From assembly GCA_023334545.1 (NCBI GenBank), contig JAADVB010000039.1, positions 38,063 through 102,062 on the forward strand: 64,000 nucleotides of DNA, given 5' to 3'. A program made the position numbers and the translations under genes. Positions 10,486 to 23,312 of this stretch are shown in pieces. Below the pieces are notes generated by a model that ran no database searches, was not told the origin of the DNA, and was given only the letters and a program-made list of their open reading frames with translations. The stretch is from Salisapilia sapeloensis CBS 127946 (taxonomy: Eukaryota; Protista; Oomycota). Positions within the stretch are counted from its first letter, which is position 1; every line of letters starts with the position of its first letter.

Positions 10486-11803
10486 ATGTACCCCAAGAGC
10501 ACAGTAAGCAATCTAGACCAGATACTTTCTTCCTTACAATGCTACATGGTACGTGCTATCTGACTCCTTTTCGAATCATACATGCATCTGATACCGTTTA
10601 TCTAAACAAAATGTGTAGCAAAGTAGTCGCGTACGAGGCGACGTCTACAATTTACTTCGCCAAGTACCATCTCTCCAGCCTTCGTGCGGCACTTTTGGTA
10701 TGACATGTCTATCGTCAGCATGAGATTTACCTAACAGGAAGCACGTAGCCCATAACGATGGTACCACAAGCACGCTACTTAATCTAGGAGGCACGATTCC
10801 CATCTTCTTCCGAGGCAATCAGTACAATATCCCGGTAGAGTTTTGGATCGCCGAAAACTACCCCACTGCTCCACCAGTATGCTTCGTCCGACCCACAGCA
10901 GGTCCGCTCTCTTATTTCAAAACTACGTAGCTATCTGCTGACCATGAAGAATCCATAGAGATGATGGTCAAGCCAGGACATCCACACGTGACGAGTGAAG
11001 GTTTTATACAAATCCCATACATCACCAATTGGCAGCAAGGATGCTCTCTCGTTGAACTCGTTGCTCACCTCTGCTCCATATTTGGTGAAATGCCACCGGT
11101 CTATCGTCGTCCGGCCCATCAGCCGCCACCCATCCCAGTGTCCACGCGACCAAACCATCAACTCTCCTCTTCTTACGGCTCTGTTAATAGTGCTGCCACT
11201 GCATCTCCATCTCCCAGTAGAAACAACTCGGAGAACGAGTACTTGTTCGGGCCTCCAACCGAGTCAAATGGGACGGAAGACACGGCAGAATCAAAGAAGA
11301 ACGCGTTAAAAATGGAAGTCACAGGGCAAATCCAACAAAAGATGGAAGCAAAGTTTAAAAAGATACGTGACAACATTGATGTTCAGTTCGAATATCAGCT
11401 CCAGTTGACACAATCTCGACAGGATGTTGAAAAAGGAATCGACGACATGAAGAAACTGAAGCAAGACTTGACGAAAGCCCAATCGATCATTGCCAAGCAA
11501 GATAAGGAATTGGAACACTGGTTGGAGGAACATGAAGGCAAGGATGAAATCGATCCAGACGCTGTACTCGTTCCGACGGATGCCTTGTCCAAGCAACTAA
11601 TCAAAGTCGTTGCAGAGAATTATGCCATTGACGATGCACTCTACTTCTTGGATCGTGCTTTGGCCAATGACGCGATTAATCTAGCGTCGTTTCTAAAGGA
11701 AGTCCGGAAGCTATCGAGGAAACAATTTATGTGTCAAGCGTTGTCCCAGAAGATTCAGCATCTACAGCAACAGCAGCAAGGTGGTGGCGTGTATACCAGC
11801 TAA
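10486..11803 (+). CDS. TSG101: ESCRT-I subunit TSG101/Vps23; multi-exon
   Basis: UEV domain (LLNLGGTIPIFFRGNQYNIPVEFWIAENYPTAPPVCFVRPT..HPHVTSEG..YITNW), coiled coil, and steadiness box (ENYAIDDALYFLDRAL..FLKEVRKLSRKQF). Confidence 0.93.
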
Positions 11804-12897
11804 ATCCAATTTCTTTCATACATCTTTTTCTTACTTGCTTTTATTGATTTGCATTCAACACGATTGATGGAAATGATGATGAGTTGATGATGCAGTGATT
11901 TGAATGTCGTCGGTATCCAAGGATATCTCATTGCGATATGAAAGTGTCCGCTGTCGTCTACACGATGAACATAAGGAATAGTTGGCGCCATCCATTTCGA
12001 CTCGAATGTCCCATTGTGTAGATGATACGGCAGTGATGCGAGTACGAATGGACGAATAGATATTAAATATCAGTTTACATGACGTGTGTAAAGATATTAA
12101 TCGACATCCATCCATCCTTTGTAGCATCATTGGCATAAGTGCATATGAATGCAAAGCAAGGATCGTTCGACTGATCGTTCGCAGCAGCGAAAAAGACGAT
12201 AGAGCGACTGACAGATCAAGATGCGATGCCACGATCCATGATGCCTTAACTGGTAATTTCCCATACATCCAAATAGGACATCGAGTAAAGGTCCATCAAT
12301 GAGAACCTGTCAGACTTCCAATGCATAATGACAGCATTTCGATATCATGCTTTATTTTTCAATGTGCATCGCTCAAGGAAGCACACACTTGCTCCGCTTG
12401 AACATCAATATCTACCTCAGTGTAGACTTCTACCTTTACCAACTACCTTAGCTTGGATTGTCCATTCTTCTCTCTACATTAAATAAGGTTTCAGTATGTT
12501 CACTCAGCATTGGCTTAGTATCCTGACTGTAGAATGGCACCTAAGCTATTGCTATCATCGCTATCTCACTACCAGAATGGCCACGCTGGATGTCAATGTA
12601 GCCACGCAAATTACCATCTTCTCACTCTCTGTGGAAACGTACAATGCATAACTTGGTAGAGACATCTATCTCGTAAATAAAAATAAAAAGTACAAAATAA
12701 TTTCTTATTCTAAGCAAAACGCTCCATCTCTCTACGCTATCACAAGGTGAAGAGTACAAAGATGTATCTTTGTGCTGCTTGTCTTGAAGTTCGAATCAGG
12801 CATATAGATACAAACTTCGGAGAAGATAATAATGTATTATCGACATTTCATTGGCTATAAATAGACCAACTTTTTCGACCACAACTTCAAATTCGAC

Positions 12898-14163
12898 ATG
12901 AATCGCGTCATTCGTCGTCATGCCAAGGTCTGTCGCTCCCTGCATGCACACTACAACACCAGCCTTGTGCAAAGCTACAGCACAGCACCCACATCTTCTT
13001 TGAATATTGGTGTCGTTGGCCTAGGAGCTGTTGGCACCACTTTCTTAGGAAGACTAGCAGGGCTAGCACAAACACAACACAACTCGATCGACAAAGTAGA
13101 CTCGAGCCTACCAAGCCTGCAAGTCGATGCTTTTGTAAAGCCTTATCAAATTGCAAAGCTTCAAGACGGCGTCAAAGTCTGGGTAGGTGGTCAGGACGAT
13201 GTTCCAGAAGCTCACATCCAAGCAGACGGATCCAGCGCCGTCCGCTTTCGTACCATCGACGAGCTAACGGCAGATGAACCTTTAGATATCTTGCTCCTCG
13301 CTGTTAAGGCCTTTGACAGTGCTAGTCTTCTACAGTCACTTTCTTTACGTCCAGAAGCTACTGTCGTGTTGCTGCAGAATGGCTTTGGACAGCTACCAGA
13401 AGGGAGTAGACTACCGTGGCAGATGGCTCATGGCATCACGTATGTCAGTAGTCGTCTCACTCACTTTGGTGAAGTGATAGTAAGTGGACAGGCAGGTGCT
13501 GTCAAGACATATATAGCACCAATGGATTCCGAATCGACAACACAGGAGACAGATAGGACGACAGCAAATTTAGACGCTTTGCAACGTGTATTGACTGCAG
13601 CTAAATTACCGACTGAAGCGATTAGTACAGACGAGATGAAGTCAATTTTGTGGCGAAAGCTGTTTGTAAACGCAGGCGTCAACCCCGTTGCGGCACTCAC
13701 AGACCTGCTGAACGAGGTACGATCTCTTCTTCAGTCCACTTGAGACTATGTCCTTGACGCATCATTTTGCTATTTCAGGAGGTTGCAGACTCGACATGGT
13801 GTCGTAACTGTATCACATCCATCATAGAAGAAGCTGCCGCCGTTGCCCGTAGCCAGAAAGTTGACATTCCCTCGTCTAATGAAGAAATCGTGGAAGACGT
13901 CGTCGGCGTCGCACGAGCAGGGCAGAAGAATGTGTGCTCGATGCTTGCAGACATTCGGGCTGGTCGCAAGTATGTTTATTAGATATGTGTTCGTGCGTCT
14001 TTTAATTTTACTTGTCTACAGGACAGAGATTGAAGCCTTGAATGGACATATTATTGACAATGGCAAGAAGCAAGGTATCCCGACACCAGTGAACGAATTC
14101 ATCTTCTCTCTCATTAAAGCACTTGAAATTCGACGAATGAAGGAAGAGGAGACAGTAGTATAA
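12898..14163 (+). CDS. Ketopantoate reductase (PanE/ApbA family) with a putative mitochondrial presequence; 3 exons
   Basis: GVVGLGAVG, LLAVKAFDS, LLQNGFG, WRKLFVNAGVNP, CSMLADIRAGRK|TEIEALNG. Confidence 0.88.
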
Positions 14164-15843
14164 GTAGATAGAGAAGACTTTTGGAAATAGATCTCTTTCG
14201 AGAACATGTCCTGAACCTGCTTTGTGACAAGACGCTTCTGAATGGCAGCGGTTTAGAGCATACTAGGACATGATAACTTTGCAATCCGTTATGTTATTTG
14301 TAAAAACACTATGTCATTTCGCTTCTGAAACTATCTACGTCACTGCTATCGACTTCTTTCGTTACATGATAGCGATAGATGTGCCATCGACATCTTAATA
14401 CAGCTTTCCAGTGTCCTTTCCGAAGTTGTCAGTCCTGCAGCTGAACCTATTGGGGCTGGACTTCTGGAGCAAAATACGACACTTCAAAATGAACGTTAAC
14501 GCAAGAGGAAGAAGCATTGTCCTGGACAATAAAATACGCTACTGAAGGAGCAGAGGAACGGATGGCGTTTCTATTGAAGTAGCGTGTGTCTGAAGTAGTG
14601 CAGCATCGTTTAAATGTAGACTAGTCTGCGAGTGGCTAGATCACACATTTTCAGAGGCTACAAGGCGATGTATATTTCTGCAACTGCAGCGTTGGCTATG
14701 CTTACGATGGCGGTAATGAGATGACAAAAGGGACCTTTGCAAGGACTTAGCTCTACAGTCAGCGTACTAGACGATTAGTGAATGACCAGATGCACGTCGT
14801 GCATGTCGTATAAAGGGCTGTTGAGCCACAAATCGATCATTGGATTGCAAATACCCTACATAAAGTTTGTATTTTTCTCAGCACTGATTTAGTCTCTCTG
14901 CGTCATGTTGCTCAGTTCATTCCTGTCTGTCCATTCGCACTCGCATCACTTAGTCGACAACAAGGTAAGGTTTTTAATTTCGGATAAAGGATCTCGAGTA
15001 CCCTTCAAATTGACCATGTGGATAGCGATGTAGTGGCTCACAGCGAACTAATAAATTTTTGAACCCGTGAATCGATGGTAATGCAGCAAGATGCATTCGT
15101 CGACTTCCATGTTATTTGAATCAAGTTAAAAATCAAGTGAAGGCAGTCGTGTACTCGTTTTTACCGACGACTGGTGCAACTTTTTCTTAAAGAGAAATTA
15201 CAAAGCGGGAAAACGGAGCGGTATCTGTACCAAGTTACCAGTAGTATAGCTCTCCTGGGTCTACCGTAAACTAGCGACTAGCATTTCCCTGCCCATTGAA
15301 ATGCTTCGGGAGAACCGTCGATTGTTATTTATCCTTTTGCTCCTGCACTCCACATGACGCCACCGCCCCTTCTGACTCCCTGCTCGTCAGTCTTCCTTAA
15401 TCTCTGTGTACCTAGTGCGACTCCAGCGCCATGCTTCTACTCACTACGGGGATATACTTAAATGAAGTCGAAAAGATCTCTCTTTTTGGTGTGGTGATGT
15501 TCTCGTTTTGCAAACTGACATTCACCTACTTCATCAATCCAGACATGTCCACCTGGCAATGACTCAAAACCCATCATTTGGCAGCTTGACACCACATTAT
15601 TCCACCGATGGCTCGATCGAAATGATTGAAGTTTCGTACTAATGTAATTTTGCACCAATGACCCATCTCTATTTCGAATTACCACCAATTGCAGTCGGTC
15701 ACGACATCAAATAATCGTTCCATCCGGTCCGGCGACGAGTACAGACGTAGCGGTCTGCAGGCAGTCGACGTCAAGTACCAGTTTGTAGATAGAAAGTACC
15801 TGCACAGGAGCATCACAGGCACCCGGCATTGCGTACGGAACAG

Positions 15844-15859
15844 TCCATTCTAACTTTGC
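15844..15859 (+). promoter_or_regulatory. Candidate oomycete INR/FPR-like core promoter element
   Basis: TCCATTCTAACTTTGC resembles the oomycete YCAYTYY + MWTTTNC composite with one mismatch, and lies about 50-65 nt upstream of ATG 15909. Confidence 0.3.
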
Positions 15860-15908
15860 ACCCGAGCTTCAAAAGCTATCACTGACGTCTCTATCATACG
15901 CGAGTGCC

Positions 15909-18900
15909 ATGCCCGTCGCAAATACTAGTATCGAAGATGTCGGCAAGCAGTTGATACCGTTGAGTCGATACGAGAAGAAGTATTTGATCAGCAAAGCCAA
16001 GGACACGATCAGCTCACTTATTGATCACGCCCATACGCTTCGTGGTCCAGTCCAGTGGCATTATAATGGCAAATTCCACGGCATACAAATGTACAGAGGG
16101 GAAGGAGAGAGCAAGACGAGTGATCGTATCGAGTTTCTATGTGGCGTCACGACAATGCAAGGCCATTTGAGCGAAGTGTCCGCGTATTTTGACCAGAGCA
16201 CGACTGCTCGCATGCGTCAGAAGATGCCGGACGACATGATCGACTGCCGAGTGCTCTACGATCTCGTCCACGGCGTTCAAGGAAATGAATTCCAGCGCAT
16301 TGCAGTCAAATACGCCGCTTATGAAGGTCCGTCCGCTCTCTCTCGAGGTCGAGACTACTGTTTTCTAGAGGTACAGTCTCTCATACGAACCATTTTATCC
16401 GTCCTAACTTTGTTTTCTCCAGTGCCAAGACACTTTCTACCACTCGTCTGGACGTAGAGGATGGGCTCTAAGCATGCATTCGATCCGACTGCCTACTTGT
16501 CCAGAAATCGAAGGTATCGTCCGAGGTAGCATGTATCACAGTGGCTACGTCTTTGTCGAATCCGAGCGAGAAGGATACATGGACGTCTTGCACAGTCTCC
16601 AGATCAACTTCAAAGGATCCAATCGTTTACCTTACTTTTTACTAAACGCGACGCTTAAACGTCGTATCTCGAGCGTCGTCGATGTCTCGAGAGAGATACA
16701 GACACTTCGATCTGGTAACCGACCGCTTGTGCGTCGTAAGAACCTCGTACCAAAGAACATGCGTGCGTTTTGTAGCTGTTGCTCGCGCAAGTTCTGGCTC
16801 CTCATGCCAAAAGTTCGTTGTCGTATGTGTGGAGAAGTCGTCTGTCGTCCTTGTGCTCCGCTCATGGACTATGACATCCCAGGTTACCGTCGTTCTCGCG
16901 TACGTGTCTGCACAGCATGCACGAAGCGAGAACAGACACGAGCATCTAGATCTCAAGACCAACGCTCTGCTTCCAATATGAACTTCTTGACGAACAGTCT
17001 AGTTCTAGATGACGACAACGGGACAGATTATGAGGACGAACCGAATCATGCGGATGACTATTACCCGACAAACCACTACGAAGATGATGCAGAAGCAGAT
17101 GAGAGAGCAAGAGAGGATGGGTTGGAGATACAGACGGCAACATCTACTTTTTCCCAAGAGCTCTTTACGAACTCTAGTAAGCACGTCGAACCACTCAAGA
17201 TGCGTGAACCCATGGCCGAGATCTCGATCGACCAAGAGTCTTATCGAGATAGTTCGTACGGACATAGCTACACGGACGGATCGCAGAGTCGCATCGGCAG
17301 TGCGATAGACTTTTCCGCCGACTCAGAGAACAGTCGAACGTCGTTTGGTTCGCAACTGAATTTCTTCGACTCATCGTACGTGTCGAAGGATACGGACGAA
17401 GACTTGGACGAACGAGCGTTGCGGTACCGGTCCAAGTCGTCCTCATCTAGTGAAGCTTCGAGTCACCCGACGACACCAAGCGCTACGTTTGCTGCGCCTG
17501 TAATTGCAGAAGTCGTAGAGGAAGAGAAGGAGGAGGACGGGAAGGATACATTATTACGTCAAAACAGTGATGACAGTAGTAAGAGTCGAAAGGCAAAAGA
17601 CAGTCGGAGTAACTTTGAAGCATCGATTGATGCGGCGCATAAGTCGAAAGACGAAGCAGAACGACGTGGAAAACAAGAAAGTAGTAGAGGATCCGATGTG
17701 TCGAGTGAAGAGCTGACGAGTAGATTCAGTGACGTCCAAGCAAACGTCCGTTCCTTCGGCCGAAACCACATTGATGACGATCTATCCTTCTCCATATCTC
17801 CATCCACGACACATGAAACGATAAGTGATCCTTTACCAGCTCATCGAGGTATCGAGAAGCCATCTAGTCGAAGAAGAGCAGGGAGTGAAGGAGGTCAAGT
17901 GGAAGTAGCGACGGCAAAGGCGCTGCCTAGTACCGACAGTGTACCTGCATCTCCCTTTGAAGATCGTACTCGAGACAGTGAGGTAATGACGAGTGCAACG
18001 ATTGATAAGAAGGTCGTGCAACCAGTGCAGGAAGACGACAAGGAGTCGCAGCCGCTCTCCGAGTTCGATCCGGATGCGCATCGAGATGACAGCACGACTG
18101 TACCAGTAAAGGACGAGAGTCCAGCGACTGATACGCCTAAAGACAAGAAACATCGACAAGGGAAGAGCACTTCGGAAGTTACTGCGAGTGGACAGCAGGA
18201 GCTGTCGATCTCGTCTAGATCTAGTTCCATGTCTTCATCGAATCTCGCTTCATACCATCTGCATGAACTATCCTCTGATCGGTCCTCCCGCTCTAGGCCG
18301 TCTTCAAGACGTCGGTCATCTGGTCGTAGACCGATGCGAGAGCCCGAGTCGAGCTTATCGAGACTGGATGAAGAATCGACAGTCGATCGGGAGAGTACCA
18401 TGTCGGAAGACTTGGTGGAGCAAGTGCGTGGACATCGAGAATTGGCCCAGCAAGATGCGCCGGAAGAGTACTTGAATAGCAATCGTTTCCTTCAGTTTGA
18501 AGATGCCCATGCAAAGGAGATGGCCGAGTATGCGCGTATGGCCAAGGAGCTGACAGGTGTAGCTGACGTGACGCAGCTACCACGTGCAAGTGAAGCGTCG
18601 TCTGTCGACACAAGGGGTAGTGTCAATCGAGCGTCGATGCAGAGCTTGCAGATCGAACGAAAGTTGGCTCGAAAGAAGTCGAGTCAGAAGAAACGCATGG
18701 CGAAGCTCCAGTTGAAGATCGGGAAGGTCCAGAAGTTGGAAGAAGAATGTCGAGAGTCGATGGCATCGTTTGTAAGTACTGATGAACTAGCTGCGATGGA
18801 AGGTAACCAAGTGGATATTGAAAACGACTCATCGCTCGTCCGATCTTCGATATCCAGTGCTGATTTAATGCAAAGTGTCCGGTCTGATCTGTCGACGGAC

Positions 18901-19074
18901 GAGATTACTGAGATGGAAGAAGAGTTGTTTGAAGAGCTGACGGAGCTAAAGAAATTAAAGAAGCAGATTGCTGCTGCCAAGTCCAAGGACAAGGCGGACG
19001 AGTACAAGCAACGGTTTAAGGAACAGTATCAAATGATCCAAGACCTCAAGCAAAGACGTAGTCAATGGATCTAA
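15909..19074 (+). CDS. START-like + FYVE-type zinc finger protein with long disordered tail and terminal coiled coil (paralogue 1)
   Basis: Intron about 16371-16421 joins RGRDYCFLE to CQDTF..GRRGWALSMHSIRLPTCP..VRGSMYHSGYVF, followed by CSCC..CRMCGEVVCRPC..RVCTAC. Confidence 0.85.
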
Positions 19075-19309
19075 ATAAAGAGCATGTAAAAATCGAATCG
19101 ACTGCTTGTTCAACGTAGCGTTTACGCGCTCAATCCTATACGGACTTGTACGCTTCCCTAGATAACGCACCGTCTGGTGTGTGTGAACTTAAAGCCGGAG
19201 TCGTTACATACATGATGGCTTGACCAGGCCCACTTTTGCTTTGGCCGAGCTATCGGTCGTACACACTTGCTTTGGCCGATCTACGATATCGACTTGAGGC
19301 CGCGAGCGG

Positions 19310-21230
19310 ATGGACGAACGAATGAGTTTAGCAGAAGATGAGGTGAAGTATTGGACTCGATATGGTGCCAAAACGTTTTCGAATATGTTTGCACTATTGC
19401 GCGAGTCTGACACGCATGCATCTGGCCGACAAGACAAGTCGGACAATGTGTCCGCGACGCAATTGCGAAAGCAATTGCAATTGCCACAAAGTGTCATGGG
19501 CATACTTGACCGACGGCGTGTGCACGGGAGTTTGGAGGAAGTCGCCGAGTTCTTCGTGAATGACGATGCGATCGTGCTCGACTTTTCAGCTTCGCGCGTC
19601 GTCATGACACTCCAGGATCCGACGCCAGAGCAACCACTCACACGTACAGAGCTTCGGTGGTCGCTCTTTAAGTCGCCGTCGAAAAAGATCGCACGTTCAC
19701 AAGACTTTTTCTACATCACGTACATGCAGCCTTTCGTTGGTGCTGGCGGACGACGTGGATGGGCCAAGTGCTCCCACTCGATCACTCTCGATTCGGTCTG
19801 TCCACCGACGCCAGAGTACAATCGCGGCAAAATCTACTTTTGTGGCACTGTCTTCCAGGAGACACGACACTCGAATATCTTGGACGTTACGTTCTTTTAC
19901 AATGTCGACACGACGAATATCCCGAGCATCGTGGCACCGATGATCATGAAGCACAGAGGTAAGAATAATGCCGAGCTACTGGATCACTTCTTGACCGTCC
20001 TACGGGCGCAGGACGCGTCGACAGCTCGGGAAAGCATCATCCAGCGAGACTTGAAAGCTCGCAAGCACTGCAGTGGATGCTGCAGCCAACTACCCTCCTG
20101 GCGACACAAGGAACGATGTCACTTTTGCGATGCGGTACGTCTCCTGTGCTGTATGTCCTAACATCCTCGTCTGACATCTTGTTTCTAGTACATTTGCAAG
20201 AAATGCACGACGATCATCCGGCAGAGTTACAACTTTACATCGTTAGGTAAACGCAACGCTTGCTTCCAATGCGCTGAATCCAAGGTCGATCGAGTGCATG
20301 CACCAGACAGGACTATATCCGACGATACTTCATCCGACGGTACGTCCTTCTTACAAACATGTCCACTGTTTCTTCTCATCTGACGTACGAACTTTAGATC
20401 ATGAATATGAAAGTGGTCGTTTCTACTTCCAAAGTGACCATCGAACCATTCAACCTAAACAGAAGGGGGGGAAGATTTTCAACGTCGAAGATGAAGACGA
20501 GAGCTCGAGTCGAAGTCGTCAAAGTTCATCTCAGTCCAGTGGACAGGAGATTTCTGCTAGCAAGGGCACCACTGCTCGAGCGCACTCTGCACGGACGATT
20601 TCACAGCGGCCTAAGGCGAAAAGACCGCAGGCACGTAGTGCTGACAACGATGTTATCTCTCTATCGCGCCAGTCATCCAGAGCTGATGGATATGAAAGCC
20701 ATCCTGTCGGCCCTTCCGGACGTGCAAGTCCAGTCGTGGAAGAGAAGACGGATCTGGCTTCCACTGTTCGTTCGGATGGAGACCCGCGATCCAGTACACT
20801 TCGAAAACAAGTAAGTGACGAGCGGTCGGCACGACGACGACGATCGAAGTCGAGTGGCAATGGATTTGTCCTGTGCAACGATGCGAAAAATCCATCGTAC
20901 CAAAGCATCAAGGAGCCGTCTCCCGCGGAAAAGCAAGTAACTCCGGAAGTAAATGGTCGTGAAAAGTCAGACAGCTCGCAGTTGACCGGACCTGCGCAAG
21001 CGATATTAGCGAGTATTAGTGCCCGTCGACGTGTCAAGTCCAAATCGTCTTCCGTTCCGCCATCTGAAATGCATGGCGTACATCTGCGTAGTGATATGAA
21101 GCATACGTCGAGTAAATTGAATGGAAGCGAGGAAGATAGAGATGAATCGCAAGGGTCGGATGATACGATCCGACGGCCAAAGCCTGGCGAGCTATTCGAT
21201 TTATCTTACTTGAATAATTACAAGTTCTAA
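19310..21230 (+). CDS. START-like + FYVE-type zinc finger protein (paralogue 2); 3 exons
   Basis: QDFFYITY..GRRGWAKCSHSITLDSVCP..YNRGKIYFCG; HCSGCC..CHFCDA|YICKKC..ACFQC; Ser/Arg-rich tail. The start codon is uncertain. Confidence 0.8.
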
Positions 21231-21859
21231 ATGTACTGGAGTTTCATCCGTAAGTAGTGAAAACTTTGCTTTTTCATAGAAATGTATCGGGTTTTGTCGC
21301 AGGTAGATGCGTGGTAGAAAGATGTATCCGAAGGTACAATCTTATCTTCTTCAGCCATCGGTGTACGCAGTCGACTTGCTATGGTCAGTTCCGACCGTTT
21401 TCGATGCTCGTTGCACGAAACCAGTAGTACAAAGTCGAGTCGGAATCAAATTTTGATTATGGACCATGGCACGCCATCGCGTTGATTTTGTATCCTTACT
21501 GACCACATTGATGATCGGCGGAATGAACCGTTCCGAGATCTAGAGGAAGAGGCCATATGAGGTTCTATCTTTGTAAAACAAGTGTCCAGTCGATCAATTG
21601 TGAGCTATCTCTTCCCACCTTTTGTTCATCCATGATGATCGATAGCGATTACTTAGTCGACCTGACCATTTTGTAGCCAATGTAGGCAGAGGATGTCGTC
21701 AAGTTATCAGTTGCAACTGACTTCGTCAATATCGACCTCATTCTTTCTATTTCGTCTGTCGCCGGTTCCACCGGCACCATAACTGGTAGAAAGATTATTT
21801 CCTACCGTCCATTGCAGTGCCATGCCCAACGTGGTCATCTTCTCACTTTTGAATCGACC

Positions 21860-23119
21860 ATGATCACCACAAGTCGGTCTTTCAGCACGATGGCAGCTGA
21901 TCTACATTTCCCGATTGCCACGCTATCTGATGAGGAAAGCCAGGCACTAGTCGACCAAGGTTACGACGAATTCACCAATCTCTTCCCTCGTATCCAGACG
22001 GCCATGGAGAAACCTTCTTCACCAGTCCATTCGAATAATAAGCAGAGACGATGGCGATGCGAACCAACATCGACGAATGAACTCATGACCATTTGCCACA
22101 AATCACACATTGATGCTTCATTAAACGAAGTCGGCTCCGTCTTCTTCGGTCCGTACATCAACCTTTGCGGTGTCTCGCAACGTGGCGCACGACCCAAGTT
22201 ACTCCACTCTCTGATTACACCAGATGACCAGTATACCATGCGAGCATGTGGTGTCTATTGGTCCATGCTCGATGGTATGCCGACGAATATCTCTCGACCA
22301 CGTGATCTCGTTTACATCGAGTACTGTGATGAGTTTGTGGACGACCACGGACGAAGAGGATGGGCAAGATGTTTCCAGTCGATTGACCACCGGAGCTGTC
22401 CATCGTTAGAAGAGTCCCATGGCATCATCCGCGCTGAGTTTGACTGCTGTGGAGTGACGTACACAGAGTGTCAAGATGGTAGTCTAGAAGTCGTGTCTTT
22501 CTACGCTGTCGATACAAAGGGAAGCACACCGAAGTGGATACAACAAATCTACGCGTCGATCTGCAATTCGAATCACCAGCAACATGCCGTCCATCTCGAA
22601 CACGTGGTCCGACTCGCTCGGTCCGTCGCGTCTCCACCTGGTGTGGACGACAAAATCCCAAGTATGTGGTCGCACGATGACTGCTATGGGTGTGGTGGCT
22701 CTCTCGCAACGTTCCGTCGGAGCCGAAAGTGTCATGTGTGCAAGGAATCTCTGTGCAAACGTTGTGCCGATATCGAATACTCTGGCGTCCAACAACTACG
22801 CGTGCTCACTGAGATCTGTATCTCGTGCGTCGATGCTTTCTTAGGAAACAGTAATGAACGAAGTGTACTATATAGTGAAAGCGCGACGAGAAGATCATCG
22901 ATGGATCTACCGAGTGCAAAGGCACTTGACGACGCCCGACATGTTGGATCCACACGTCTATCCAGGCTCCATGTAACCACGCCGAAAGAAGGCACGATTC
23001 GCCACCGATCCATGTCCATGAGTCCCAGTATGCTCCTTCAAAACGCAAGGTATACACCCCCCGAAAGTAGGAGGAAATTTGACCTGCGGTATCTGGAGGA
23101 CTTTCGTCTATCAAGTTGA
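21860..23119 (+). CDS. START-like + FYVE-type zinc finger protein (paralogue 3), single exon
   Basis: RPRDLVYIEY..GRRGWARCFQSIDHRSCPSL..GIIRAE; CYGC..CHVCKESLCKRC..ICISC. In-frame ATGs at 21860 and 21890. Confidence 0.85.
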   Translation: MITTSRSFSTMAADLHFPIATLSDEESQALVDQGYDEFTNLFPRIQTAMEKPSSPVHSNNKQRRWRCEPTSTNELMTICHKSHIDASLNEVGSVFFGPYINLCGVSQRGARPKLLHSLITPDDQYTMRACGVYWSMLDGMPTNISRPRDLVYIEYCDEFVDDHGRRGWARCFQSIDHRSCPSLEESHGIIRAEFDCCGVTYTECQDGSLEVVSFYAVDTKGSTPKWIQQIYASICNSNHQQHAVHLEHVVRLARSVASPPGVDDKIPSMWSHDDCYGCGGSLATFRRSRKCHVCKESLCKRCADIEYSGVQQLRVLTEICISCVDAFLGNSNERSVLYSESATRRSSMDLPSAKALDDARHVGSTRLSRLHVTTPKEGTIRHRSMSMSPSMLLQNARYTPPESRRKFDLRYLEDFRLSS

Positions 23120-23312
23120 GCAAGTTTCTACGCCGAAAGTACCAAGTTGAATGTACCCTCCGGCATAGATAGTTGCTTCGTAGCTAGTTGAAGTTGATAG
23201 CGACCTTGTAAGATCGCACTAGCTCCCCATCTGTCACTGTGCAAGTAAAATAAACGATCGAAGTTGAAAACTATACTCGGATAGAACAAGTACGTGTTCC
23301 AAATCAAATCAA

